From positions 1 to 54,301 of the forward strand of contig DRJZ01000149.1 in NCBI GenBank assembly GCA_011052015.1: a stretch of DNA of 54,301 nucleotides, given 5' to 3'. Both the position numbers and the translations under genes were made by a program. Origin of the DNA: Acidiferrobacteraceae bacterium. GTDB lineage: Bacteria; Pseudomonadota; Gammaproteobacteria; HyVt-429. Shown here in pieces: positions 45,267-53,474 of the stretch (its first letter is position 1; every line of letters begins with the position of its first letter). The notes beneath the pieces are model-generated. The model worked only from the letters and a program-made list of their open reading frames with translations. It searched no databases and had not been told where the DNA came from.

Positions 45267-45758
45267 ATGACACGCTATGATTCCATCCTGCCGGAACTGA
45301 TTGTTGGTGCACACCCCCGTGTGCGCTCAGAGATCCGGGAACTCAAGGAACAACTCGGTGTTACTGCGGTCCTCAATCTCCAAACCAATGCCGATATGGA
45401 TCAACTTGGTATCAGCTGGAACGGATTATTGAACCTGTATCAAGGTGAAGATATAACCATTCGCCGCTTGCCCATCACCGACTTTGATGTTGCTGATTTG
45501 CGCACGCACTTGCCGGCCGGCGCCCAGGCCCTGGAAGAACTGATCCGTTCCAATCACAAAGTATACTTACATTGCACCCTGGGGGTGGAACGTTCGCCTT
45601 CCGTGGCGGTGGCTTTTCTCACGTGGTATCGTGATTGGCCTCTGGACAAGGCCTGGAAACATGTGAAAGAGTGTCGCGAATGTCTTCCCAATTTCGAGGC
45701 CCTGTGGTTGTCCCACGAACAACGCAAGGAGGGTCTCGCTAAACCTGAATCGGGTTGA
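45267..45758 (+). CDS. Dual-specificity (Cys-based, CX5R) protein phosphatase-like protein
   Basis: P-loop VYLHCTLGVERS (HCX5R[S/T]). About 163 aa from the ATG at 45267. The track ORF starts at a GTG at 45249. Confidence 0.75.
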   Translation: MTRYDSILPELIVGAHPRVRSEIRELKEQLGVTAVLNLQTNADMDQLGISWNGLLNLYQGEDITIRRLPITDFDVADLRTHLPAGAQALEELIRSNHKVYLHCTLGVERSPSVAVAFLTWYRDWPLDKAWKHVKECRECLPNFEALWLSHEQRKEGLAKPESG

Positions 45759-45796
45759 TAAAAATTAATTGGCGCTTTTACTTATTGGGGTTTTCG

Positions 45797-45961
45797 CCAC
45801 AGAGACACGGAGAACACAGACCTCGGTACCCCTTTGTGGGGTAGAATGACCCTGCATACATGGCCATTGTCCATCATCATGGCTCCGGGTATATCCCCTT
45901 ATTTTGCATAGAATGACATAATGCAGACGAGCTTTACTCTGTGTTCTCCGTGTCTCTGTGG
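45797..45961. repeat. MITE-like element with a perfect 24-bp terminal inverted repeat (165 bp)
   Basis: ccacagagacacggagaacacaga (45797-45820) is the exact reverse complement of tctgtgttctccgtgtctctgtgg (45938-45961). Confidence 0.7.
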
Positions 45962-45993
45962 TAATTTTACCTGGCTATCGACTCAATATAATC

Positions 45994-47445
45994 GTGCACT
46001 CTGAGAATCTGTTTTTGACCATTGACCAGGGCGGTCACGCCAGCCGCGCCCTGATTTGGGACTCGCGAGGCTGCGTGATCGCAAAGGCCGAAGTCGAGAT
46101 CCAAACCCTGCACCCAAAACCGGGATGGGTTGAACACCTTCCCCAGGAAATGGTGGCATCCATCCGAACCAGTATTGATGAGGCCCTCTCCCAACTCGGT
46201 CAAGACACCCAACCCATCACCGCTGCCGGTATGGCGACACAACGCTCCAGCATTGTGTGCTGGAACAAAAAGACCGGTGAGCCACTTTCCAATATTATTA
46301 GTTGGCAAGATCGCCGTGCCCACCCGTGGCTGGGTCAGTTCTCTAACCACGCCGCCAGCATCCACGAAAAAACCGGCCTCTTTCTCACCGCCTACTATGG
46401 GGCCAGTAAACTACGTTGGTGCCTTGATCACCTCAGCGAAGTAAGCAAGGCACTGGAAGCCGGAAATCTCGCCTTTGGCCCCCTGGCCAGCTACTTGGTC
46501 AACCGCCTGACTACAGAACACCCCCACACTATTGACCCCGCCAACGCCTCACGCACCTTGTTATGGAATGTGAACAACAAAGATTGGGATCCGGAATTAC
46601 TTGCGCTTTTTGATATCCCCTTGGCTGCCTTACCCCAGTGCGTCCCTTCACGCCACAACTATGGTCATATCCAGTGTGGTGATCACCAGGTTCCCCTCAC
46701 TGTACTCATGGGAGATCAACCCGCCGCCCTCTTCGCCCGCGGCCAACCGTCGGCAGATACGGCCTACGTAAACATCGGTACCGGCGCCTTTGTGCAACGG
46801 GTCCTGGGTCGCAAGCCCGGTTACTCGCCGACGCTACTCACCGGTATCGCCTTTCAAGGCAAAAAGAACACGACCTACGTACTAGAGGGCACTGTGAATG
46901 GAGCCGGTAGTGCCCTGGAAGCCATAGAACAAGAGCTCGGTATCGACGCTAAACAGGCACAGGGACTTGCGCCACAATGGTTGTCTCAATCGTCAAACCC
47001 ACCCCTGTTTCTAAACGGCATCTCAGGCCTGGGTTCGCCCTACTGGACTCCTGATTTTGAATCTCGATTCCTCTACAAAGATGGGGATGAGGCCGAGGAC
47101 TGGGGAAAAATCGTGGCCGTGATCGAAAGTATTATCTTCCTATTATATGTTAATCTTAAAAATATGAAGGCATGGAGCCCTGAGCCGAGTAAAATCATTC
47201 TAAGCGGTGGTTTAGGGAATCTGGATGGACTTTGTCAACGCCTGGCGGACCTCACCACTTATATCGTGCATCGCCCCCAAGAGTCTGAAGCCACCGCACG
47301 GGGCACGGCCTTTCTGGTGGCACAGCAAAACCACTCATGGCAGGAACAGGAACCCACCCGCCAATTTACTCCCAACAACAACCCGGCATTGAAGGCGCGC
47401 TATAATGACTGGTCTACCGCCATGGAGGCTGCACTAAACCCATGA
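45994..47445 (+). CDS. FGGY-family carbohydrate kinase (glycerol kinase-like)
   Basis: GTG at 45994 avoids overlapping the MITE arm. LFLTIDQGGHASRA (phosphate-1 motif), GDQPAALF, GTGAF, LSGGLGN. Confidence 0.85.
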   Translation: MHSENLFLTIDQGGHASRALIWDSRGCVIAKAEVEIQTLHPKPGWVEHLPQEMVASIRTSIDEALSQLGQDTQPITAAGMATQRSSIVCWNKKTGEPLSNIISWQDRRAHPWLGQFSNHAASIHEKTGLFLTAYYGASKLRWCLDHLSEVSKALEAGNLAFGPLASYLVNRLTTEHPHTIDPANASRTLLWNVNNKDWDPELLALFDIPLAALPQCVPSRHNYGHIQCGDHQVPLTVLMGDQPAALFARGQPSADTAYVNIGTGAFVQRVLGRKPGYSPTLLTGIAFQGKKNTTYVLEGTVNGAGSALEAIEQELGIDAKQAQGLAPQWLSQSSNPPLFLNGISGLGSPYWTPDFESRFLYKDGDEAEDWGKIVAVIESIIFLLYVNLKNMKAWSPEPSKIILSGGLGNLDGLCQRLADLTTYIVHRPQESEATARGTAFLVAQQNHSWQEQEPTRQFTPNNNPALKARYNDWSTAMEAALNP

Positions 47446-48200
47446 ACATCCCCACGCTCATCGCCCATCGCGGTTTTACATTGCGCTACCCGGAAAATAC
47501 TCTGTTGTCCATCGAAGCTGCCGCAAAGGCTGGAGCCTGCTACGTTGAATTCGACATACAACTGACCCAGGACAAGGCCCCGATCGTATTTCATGATGTC
47601 AGTCTTAAACGCACCACGGGCAAAACAGGAAAAATATTTGACATGCCCTGGGACCAATTGAAGAAAATTTCGGCCAATGAAGCCTCCCGCCTCGGGGCAA
47701 GTGAACACCCCACCCTTATCCCGTCCCTGGCCCAGGTCATCGAACGGCTCAAGGCCTGGCCGGAACTTTTTGCGTTTGTAGAAATCAAGGAGGAAAGCGT
47801 GGATCACTTTGGCATGGATGTCGTGCTCGACGCCGTTATGGCCACGATCCAACCACTACTGGACCGTTGTATTGTGATTTCATTTTCGGACAAGGTGATC
47901 CCTGCCGCCAGAGATCGGGGAGCCCACAGCACGGGCTGGGTGATCCCGAAATGGAAAGCGCAAGCGCTGGCATTGGCCGATGAAATGAAACCCGATTTCT
48001 TATTTTGTAATTATAAAAAAGTGCCTGACAAAGTACACACCCTGCCTCAGGGACCCTGGAAATGGGCCTTGTATGAGATTGCCGACCCACAACTGGCTCT
48101 GGACTGGGCCGCACGTGGTGCAGACCTCATCGAAACCTATGCCATCGGTGACATGTTACAACACCCCGTATTACAGCAACGGGCCTGTAGCCATGACTAA
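47442..48200 (+). CDS. Glycerophosphodiester phosphodiesterase (GDPD family)
   Basis: 252 aa. IAHRGFTLRYPENTL, VEFDIQLTQDKAPIVFHD. ATGA overlap with the kinase gene. Confidence 0.9.
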   Translation: MNIPTLIAHRGFTLRYPENTLLSIEAAAKAGACYVEFDIQLTQDKAPIVFHDVSLKRTTGKTGKIFDMPWDQLKKISANEASRLGASEHPTLIPSLAQVIERLKAWPELFAFVEIKEESVDHFGMDVVLDAVMATIQPLLDRCIVISFSDKVIPAARDRGAHSTGWVIPKWKAQALALADEMKPDFLFCNYKKVPDKVHTLPQGPWKWALYEIADPQLALDWAARGADLIETYAIGDMLQHPVLQQRACSHD

Positions 48201-48262
48201 AAACTATAAAGTAGTAATAGCCGTATCCCATAGTTTAAAACCCCTTTCTAATAACAGACCTG

Positions 48263-49447
48263 ATGATCATGTCTGCTAATTACGACATCGTCGTCATTGG
48301 CGGCGGCATCCATGGGGTCGGCGTGGCCCAGGCAGCGGCGGCCAGAGGGCACTCGGCACTGGTGCTGGAACAAAACACCCTCGCCAGCGGCACATCAAGT
48401 CGTTCGACAAAACTCATTCACGGTGGCCTGCGTTATCTGGAAAGTTTTCAAATATCTCTGGTCTACGAATGCCTGCGGGAACGAGAATTATTGCTCAAGA
48501 TCGCGCCGGACCTGGTGCGCCTGGTGCCCTTCCACATTCCTGTATTTGAAGAAACCGGACGCCCTCCCTGGCAAATTCGCATTGGTCTTAGTCTGTACGC
48601 CATATTGACCGGCCTTGTCCCCCATGGACGATTTATCAGTCTGCCTAAAGACCAATGGCAGAACCTCGACGGATTGACCACACACCGTCTCAAGGCGGTA
48701 TACCGATATTGGGACGCCCAAACCGATGATGTGGCCCTCACCCGGGCGGTCATGGACTCGGCCATATCACTGGGGGCCGAGTTGAGCTTGCACAGCCGCT
48801 GCGTCAATGTGGAATTAGACAAAGATAGCTGCGTTGTGGATTATGAAAGAGACGGTAACGTACATTCGTGCCATGCCAAGGTCGTGGTCAACGCCAGCGG
48901 CCCTTGGGTCAATCATGTTTTGGATCGGTTTACGCCAGGTCTACCCCAGCGTGCGGTAGACCTGGTCCAAGGGACCCACATCATAGTGGACGGTCGTCTG
49001 GACCGGGGTATCTACTTCATGGAGGCGCCCCAGGATCATCGTGCCATTTTTGCGTTACCCTGGAAGGACAAACTCATGGTGGGCACCACTGAACACACCT
49101 ATCACGGCGATCCGGCGGCCGTCGTTCCCTTAAAAGAGGAAAAAGAATATCTATTGGCGGGACTGGCCCACTACTTTCCGGCCTACGCGAAACTAACCGC
49201 AAAAGATATCATCGAGTCCTTTGCCGGTCTGCGGGTATTGCCAGAAGGTGATAGCGATGCCTTCTCCCGGCCACGGGGTACAGTCTTGTTAACCGACAGA
49301 CCCGAAAGGCCTCGAGCACTCTCAATATACGGCGGCAAACTAACCGCCTATCGTGCCGAAACCGACAAGGTATTGCGGTATCTGTCACCCAGTTTGCCAA
49401 AACGTAAGCCGGTAGCGGATACCCGCAAGCTTACACTCAAACTATGA
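48263..49447 (+). CDS. FAD-dependent glycerol-3-phosphate dehydrogenase/oxidase-like protein (short form)
   Basis: 394 aa. YDIVVIGGGIHGVGVA, GTSSRSTKLIHGGLRYLE. Shorter than the roughly 500-aa canonical GlpD. Confidence 0.88.
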   Translation: MIMSANYDIVVIGGGIHGVGVAQAAAARGHSALVLEQNTLASGTSSRSTKLIHGGLRYLESFQISLVYECLRERELLLKIAPDLVRLVPFHIPVFEETGRPPWQIRIGLSLYAILTGLVPHGRFISLPKDQWQNLDGLTTHRLKAVYRYWDAQTDDVALTRAVMDSAISLGAELSLHSRCVNVELDKDSCVVDYERDGNVHSCHAKVVVNASGPWVNHVLDRFTPGLPQRAVDLVQGTHIIVDGRLDRGIYFMEAPQDHRAIFALPWKDKLMVGTTEHTYHGDPAAVVPLKEEKEYLLAGLAHYFPAYAKLTAKDIIESFAGLRVLPEGDSDAFSRPRGTVLLTDRPERPRALSIYGGKLTAYRAETDKVLRYLSPSLPKRKPVADTRKLTLKL

Positions 49448-49473
49448 TCGTGGCCGTATTGATAGTTTGAGCC

Positions 49474-49558
49474 TATGAGTTCCTTGACGCAAACGACGCA
49501 CAGGGATGTGCTAGTGCCGCGGGAGGCAGGATGCCGGGAGCGGCTGCGCGTACTTTGG
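49474..49558. repeat. About 85-nt repeat R1, homologous to 51412-51493 in direct orientation
   Basis: tatgagttccttgacgcaaacgacgcacagggatgtgctagtgccgcgggaggcaggatgccgggagcggctgcgcg aligns with R2. Roughly three quarters of positions match by eye. Confidence 0.55.
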
Positions 49559-49607
49559 TGTGCCCCTCAGGGGGGCACGAAAAAGAGTTCCCTTGAAGGT
49601 TAGACAG

Positions 49608-50552
49608 GTGGCAACGCAAAGAAGAACAAAGTCTTTCGAGACTGAACTCGTCATCCAGGCGCGGGGCTTGACCAAGCGCTACGGTGAAGCCACTGTGGTA
49701 CGGGGCATCGACTTCAGCGTCCCCCGGGGTCAGTGCTTTGGCCTGCTCGGCCCCAATGGCGCCGGCAAGACCACCACCTTGCGCATGATCCTTGGGGTTA
49801 CACCCCGGGATAGTGGTGAACTCCAGATCTTTGGCGTGGATGATCCCAAACAGGCGCACCGGGTTCGAGCCCGCATTGGGGTCGTACCTCAATTAGATAA
49901 TCTGGATCCGGACTTTAGCGTGATCGAAAACCTGTCGGTCTATGCCTCATTCTTTAGTCTGCATGGTGCAAAGATAAAAGAACGTATACGGCAGTTACTC
50001 GAATTTACTGAATTGAGTGATCGAGCCCACACCAGGATCGATGTCCTGTCTGGCGGCATGAAGCGACGGCTCACCATCGCCCGGGCGCTGATCAATGACC
50101 CAGAACTGATTATCCTCGACGAACCCACCACCGGCCTGGACCCCCAGGCACGGCACATGATCTGGTCACGCCTGCGTCAAATACGCCAATCGGGAAAGAC
50201 TCTGCTGTTGACCACCCACTACATGGAAGAGGCCGAGCGCCTGTGTGATGACATCATCATCATGGACAACGGTCACATCGTTGCCCAGGGCTCGCCAAAT
50301 GCCCTGGTAAAAAAACATATCGAGGCCCATGTGGTCGAAATTCGCGGCGCAACTGAATCTATTTCTATCAACTTCGATCAGTTTCCACCGTGCCGCCGTC
50401 AACAAGTCGGCGATACCCTGTATTGCTATACCGATGATGCCCATCCCTTGTTGGCACACCTGGAAAGTCAGGGTGAGTTGATCACCCTGCAACGCCCTGC
50501 CAATCTGGAAGACGTGTTTCTAAAACTCACCGGCCACGAGTTTCGGGACTGA
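49608..50552 (+). CDS. ABC transporter ATP-binding protein (NodI/DrrA-like, ABC-2 type)
   Basis: Walker A GPNGAGKTT, signature LSGGMKRRL, Walker B LIILDEPT, H-loop TTHYMEEA. The start is uncertain: GTG 49608 is preferred because 49560-49607 lies in or next to the repeat. Confidence 0.9.
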   Translation: MATQRRTKSFETELVIQARGLTKRYGEATVVRGIDFSVPRGQCFGLLGPNGAGKTTTLRMILGVTPRDSGELQIFGVDDPKQAHRVRARIGVVPQLDNLDPDFSVIENLSVYASFFSLHGAKIKERIRQLLEFTELSDRAHTRIDVLSGGMKRRLTIARALINDPELIILDEPTTGLDPQARHMIWSRLRQIRQSGKTLLLTTHYMEEAERLCDDIIIMDNGHIVAQGSPNALVKKHIEAHVVEIRGATESISINFDQFPPCRRQQVGDTLYCYTDDAHPLLAHLESQGELITLQRPANLEDVFLKLTGHEFRD

Positions 50553-50554
50553 GC

Positions 50555-51331
50555 ATGACCTGGCAACTTCCTCATATCAACTTTAGAGCCCTGTCGGTAT
50601 GGCGCCGCAATGTGCTCGTCTGGCGTAAATTGATGGGTCCGAGTCTGCTCATCAACATTGGCGAACCCTTGTTGTATTTACTCGGGCTCGGTTATGGCCT
50701 GGGACTTTTTATTGGCCAGATGTCAGATATGTCCTACCTGACCTTCCTCGCCTCCGGCATCCTCGCCGCCTCGGCCATGAACACCGCCAGTTTTGAAGGC
50801 ATGTTCTCGGTCTATACCCGCATGGTGACCCAGCGCACCTATGAAGCCATGCAGGCCACCCCGCTATCAGTAGACGACATCATTGCCGGTGAAATATTGT
50901 GGTGCGCCACCAAATGCCTCATCAGTGGCACCGCCATCCTGGCCGTCGCCACAGCCTTAGGCGCCGTCCACGGCACCCAGGCACTTTTTGTATTACCCAT
51001 CATCTTTTTAATAGGCCTGTGTTTCGCCGGACCTGCCATCATCATGAGCGCCTTCTCCCATGGCTATGATTTTTTCTATTACTACCTCACACTCTTTATC
51101 ACCCCCATGTTCATCCTCAGCGGGGTGTTCTACCCCATCAGCTCCCTCCCCACGGGTGTGCAAGCTGTGGTGCAACTGCTGCCTCTGACCCATGCGATAC
51201 AACTGGTGCGGCCCCTGGTATCGGGGCAGGCACTCACCGACGTGGGTCTGCATGTGGGGGTTATTGTGGTGTATACGCTGGTGGCCTATTACTTTGCGGT
51301 GGTGCTGGTGAGGAAGCGGTTGGTGGTTTGA
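50555..51331 (+). CDS. ABC-2 type transporter permease (NodJ-like)
   Basis: 258 aa with about six hydrophobic segments. Starts 3 nt after the ATPase stop. Confidence 0.88.
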   Translation: MTWQLPHINFRALSVWRRNVLVWRKLMGPSLLINIGEPLLYLLGLGYGLGLFIGQMSDMSYLTFLASGILAASAMNTASFEGMFSVYTRMVTQRTYEAMQATPLSVDDIIAGEILWCATKCLISGTAILAVATALGAVHGTQALFVLPIIFLIGLCFAGPAIIMSAFSHGYDFFYYYLTLFITPMFILSGVFYPISSLPTGVQAVVQLLPLTHAIQLVRPLVSGQALTDVGLHVGVIVVYTLVAYYFAVVLVRKRLVV

Positions 51332-51363
51332 GTCTCGTCATTTCGGGCGCCTTTACACTCACC

Positions 51364-51615
51364 GTCATTCCGGAAAACGCGAAGCGTTTATCCGGAATCC
51401 AGGAAATCTTATATGAATTCTTTGCCGCGATGACGTACAGGACGTACTAATGCCGCGTAGGCCAGGGACGGCCGGGAGCGGCGCGCGCAAAGGACTCGCA
51501 AAGAAAAACTGGCCCATTGCAGGAGCGGTCTCCTGACCGCGAAAATGAGAACATTACACCGGGGACACCTCCAGACCGCATAATATGTAGGTCGGGCTTT
51601 AGCCCGACAAACGTC
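51364..51615. repeat. Mosaic of REP-like palindromic units (includes repeat R2 at 51412-51493)
   Basis: Hairpins attccggaaaacgc/gcgtttatccggaat (51367-51398), caggag-cggt-ctcctg, and gtcgggc-ttta-gcccgac (51591-51608). Confidence 0.6.
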
Positions 51616-51788
51616 AGGAAAAGTCACGATTAAACGACGCTATAATCACCATCTGCATTGCCCCTATCCCGTATGTGGGTTCATAATGTGGGCAGATCAA
51701 GAAGATAGCCGGTAGTCAATCGTTATGGAAAAAGGGTGAATAGACGTCAAATATTATGTGCTTTTGAAAGCAAAGATGAGGTGATCTT

Positions 51789-51959
51789 ATGAAATTAAAG
51801 GTGATCGTTCATGAAGCAGAAGAAGGAGGATACTGGGCCGAAGTCCCATCTATTCCAGGCTGTGCCACCCAGGCCGATACATTCGACGAGCTTCTCGGCA
51901 ATATCTACGAGGCCGTAGAAGGCTGCTTGTCTGTAGGCGGGCAGAGTGGGTTTGCCTAA
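51789..51959 (+). CDS. hicB: HicB-like (UPF0150) antitoxin, short or truncated, without a cognate hicA
   Basis: 56-aa ORF, below the track cutoff: [47 protein letters not shown]. This is the typical HicB N-terminal fold. GAGGTG Shine-Dalgarno 5 nt upstream. Confidence 0.65.
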   Translation: MKLKVIVHEAEEGGYWAEVPSIPGCATQADTFDELLGNIYEAVEGCLSVGGQSGFA

Positions 51960-52166
51960 AGTTAAATCACTCCGACCCCATTAAAGTAATGGGAACAGAT
52001 AGGCCGAGGCTACGGTGATGGCAATCTGTTCTGTTCTCTACTCTACCCTATTCTTTTTTGTAAGATGATTTTGTGATAACAAATCTGGTCATTAGAAAAA
52101 TTACTAAACTGACTATAAAGATCATGAGGTACAATCATGCAGTTGCAAGAATAAGAGGCAAATGAG

Positions 52167-53474
52167 ATGGCAAAGATTGAAGGATTTAGAGCAAGAAACT
52201 ATAGATCGTTAAAAGATGTCACTCTTGGTCGATTATGGAACCAACAATATGCTGATCCGCTTACGCCCTTAACCGTAGTAATTGGAAAAAATGGTGTAGG
52301 GAAAAGCTCACTATTTGATGCTTTCGGGTTTTTGGCGGATTGTTTGAAATCAGGTGTTGAAGAAGCTTGTGATGCTCATGGTCGAGGTGGATTCGAGAGG
52401 ATCCGGACACAAGGACAAGAAGGACCAATTGAATTTGAGATCTATTACAAAGAAGATGGAAATGCTCGACCTATTACCTATGAACTTTCAATTGACCTGG
52501 ATAAGTCAGGCCGCCCCTATATTTTGAAGGAGCGCCTTCGACAAAGACGTAAAGGCCAAAAACGTGGCTGGCCTTTTTCGTTTCTTATGCTGAATGATGG
52601 CAAAGGTGTCGTATGGAAAGGTGAGCAAAGTGGACAACAAATTGATGAGGAGCACGGTGAATTTGATCTTTTTAAATTCATGGAGTCTGTCAAAGCAGGA
52701 GAGTCTCAAGAGGAATCCAAAGAGACTGAAGTTGTTGAACTTGAAGACAAGCGCAAGCTTGGCATCGCTACGCTCGGTTCGTTGAAACAACACCCAAGAA
52801 TTTCCATATTCCGTAGATTTATCGAGGGGTGGTATTTGAGCTACTTCACCCCAGATGCCGCAAGGAGCCTACCTCTTGCAGGTCCTCAAAAGCATCTCAA
52901 CGTTCATGGTGACAACCTTGGCAACGTTGTGCAATTTATGGAGCGTGAGCACCCGAAGCGCTTCAAGGCCATCTTAGAGCAAATTGCCGAAAAGATTCCT
53001 GGGATAAGCAGGATCGATACGGAAAAAACGAATGATGGTCGCTTGCTTCTCCGATTCAATGACAAAGGTTTTTTAGACCCGTTTTATGCCCAGCAGATGT
53101 CGGATGGGACCCTAAAGGTTTTTGCTTACCTGTTATTGCTAGAAGACCCTACTCCGCCACCATTTTTGTGCATCGAAGAACCGGAAAATGGCCTGTATCA
53201 TAAACTTTTAGAATCTTTAGCCCACGAATTCCGTGAACATGCCACAGGCCGTAAAGGCGGTTCACAGGTTTTCATTACGACACATCAGCCCTATTTTGTG
53301 GATTCGCTTGATCCCGATGAAGTTTGGATTCTTGAAAAAGACACTGACGGTTTCTCAGTTATTAGAAGGGCGAGCGATGATTCAACCGTGATAAATATGG
53401 TGAAAGAAGGGTTGCCTCTAGGTGGTCTTTGGTACAGCGATTATCTAGATGTGGGGCAATTCGATGCATTTTGA
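52167..53474 (+). CDS. Split ABC-type ATPase (AAA_21/AAA_15-like, SMC/RecF-like head)
   Basis: 435 aa. Walker A GKNGVGKS (aa 40-47), signature-like QQMSDGT (aa 309-), Walker B FLCIEE (aa 333-338), H-loop TTHQP (H373). AAGAGG Shine-Dalgarno 8 nt upstream. Confidence 0.85.
   Translation: MAKIEGFRARNYRSLKDVTLGRLWNQQYADPLTPLTVVIGKNGVGKSSLFDAFGFLADCLKSGVEEACDAHGRGGFERIRTQGQEGPIEFEIYYKEDGNARPITYELSIDLDKSGRPYILKERLRQRRKGQKRGWPFSFLMLNDGKGVVWKGEQSGQQIDEEHGEFDLFKFMESVKAGESQEESKETEVVELEDKRKLGIATLGSLKQHPRISIFRRFIEGWYLSYFTPDAARSLPLAGPQKHLNVHGDNLGNVVQFMEREHPKRFKAILEQIAEKIPGISRIDTEKTNDGRLLLRFNDKGFLDPFYAQQMSDGTLKVFAYLLLLEDPTPPPFLCIEEPENGLYHKLLESLAHEFREHATGRKGGSQVFITTHQPYFVDSLDPDEVWILEKDTDGFSVIRRASDDSTVINMVKEGLPLGGLWYSDYLDVGQFDAF

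Noticed and set aside
51409-51627. A 72-aa minus-strand ORF.
   Set aside because: It is composed entirely of palindromic repeat units. Arg/Ala/Pro-rich translations of such repeats are a known annotation artefact.
51730-51791. A possible hicA remnant: an 18-codon GTG frame, [18 protein letters not shown], overlapping the hicB start.
   Set aside because: It is too short and too weakly similar to call as a feature. It is mentioned only as context in the hicB finding.
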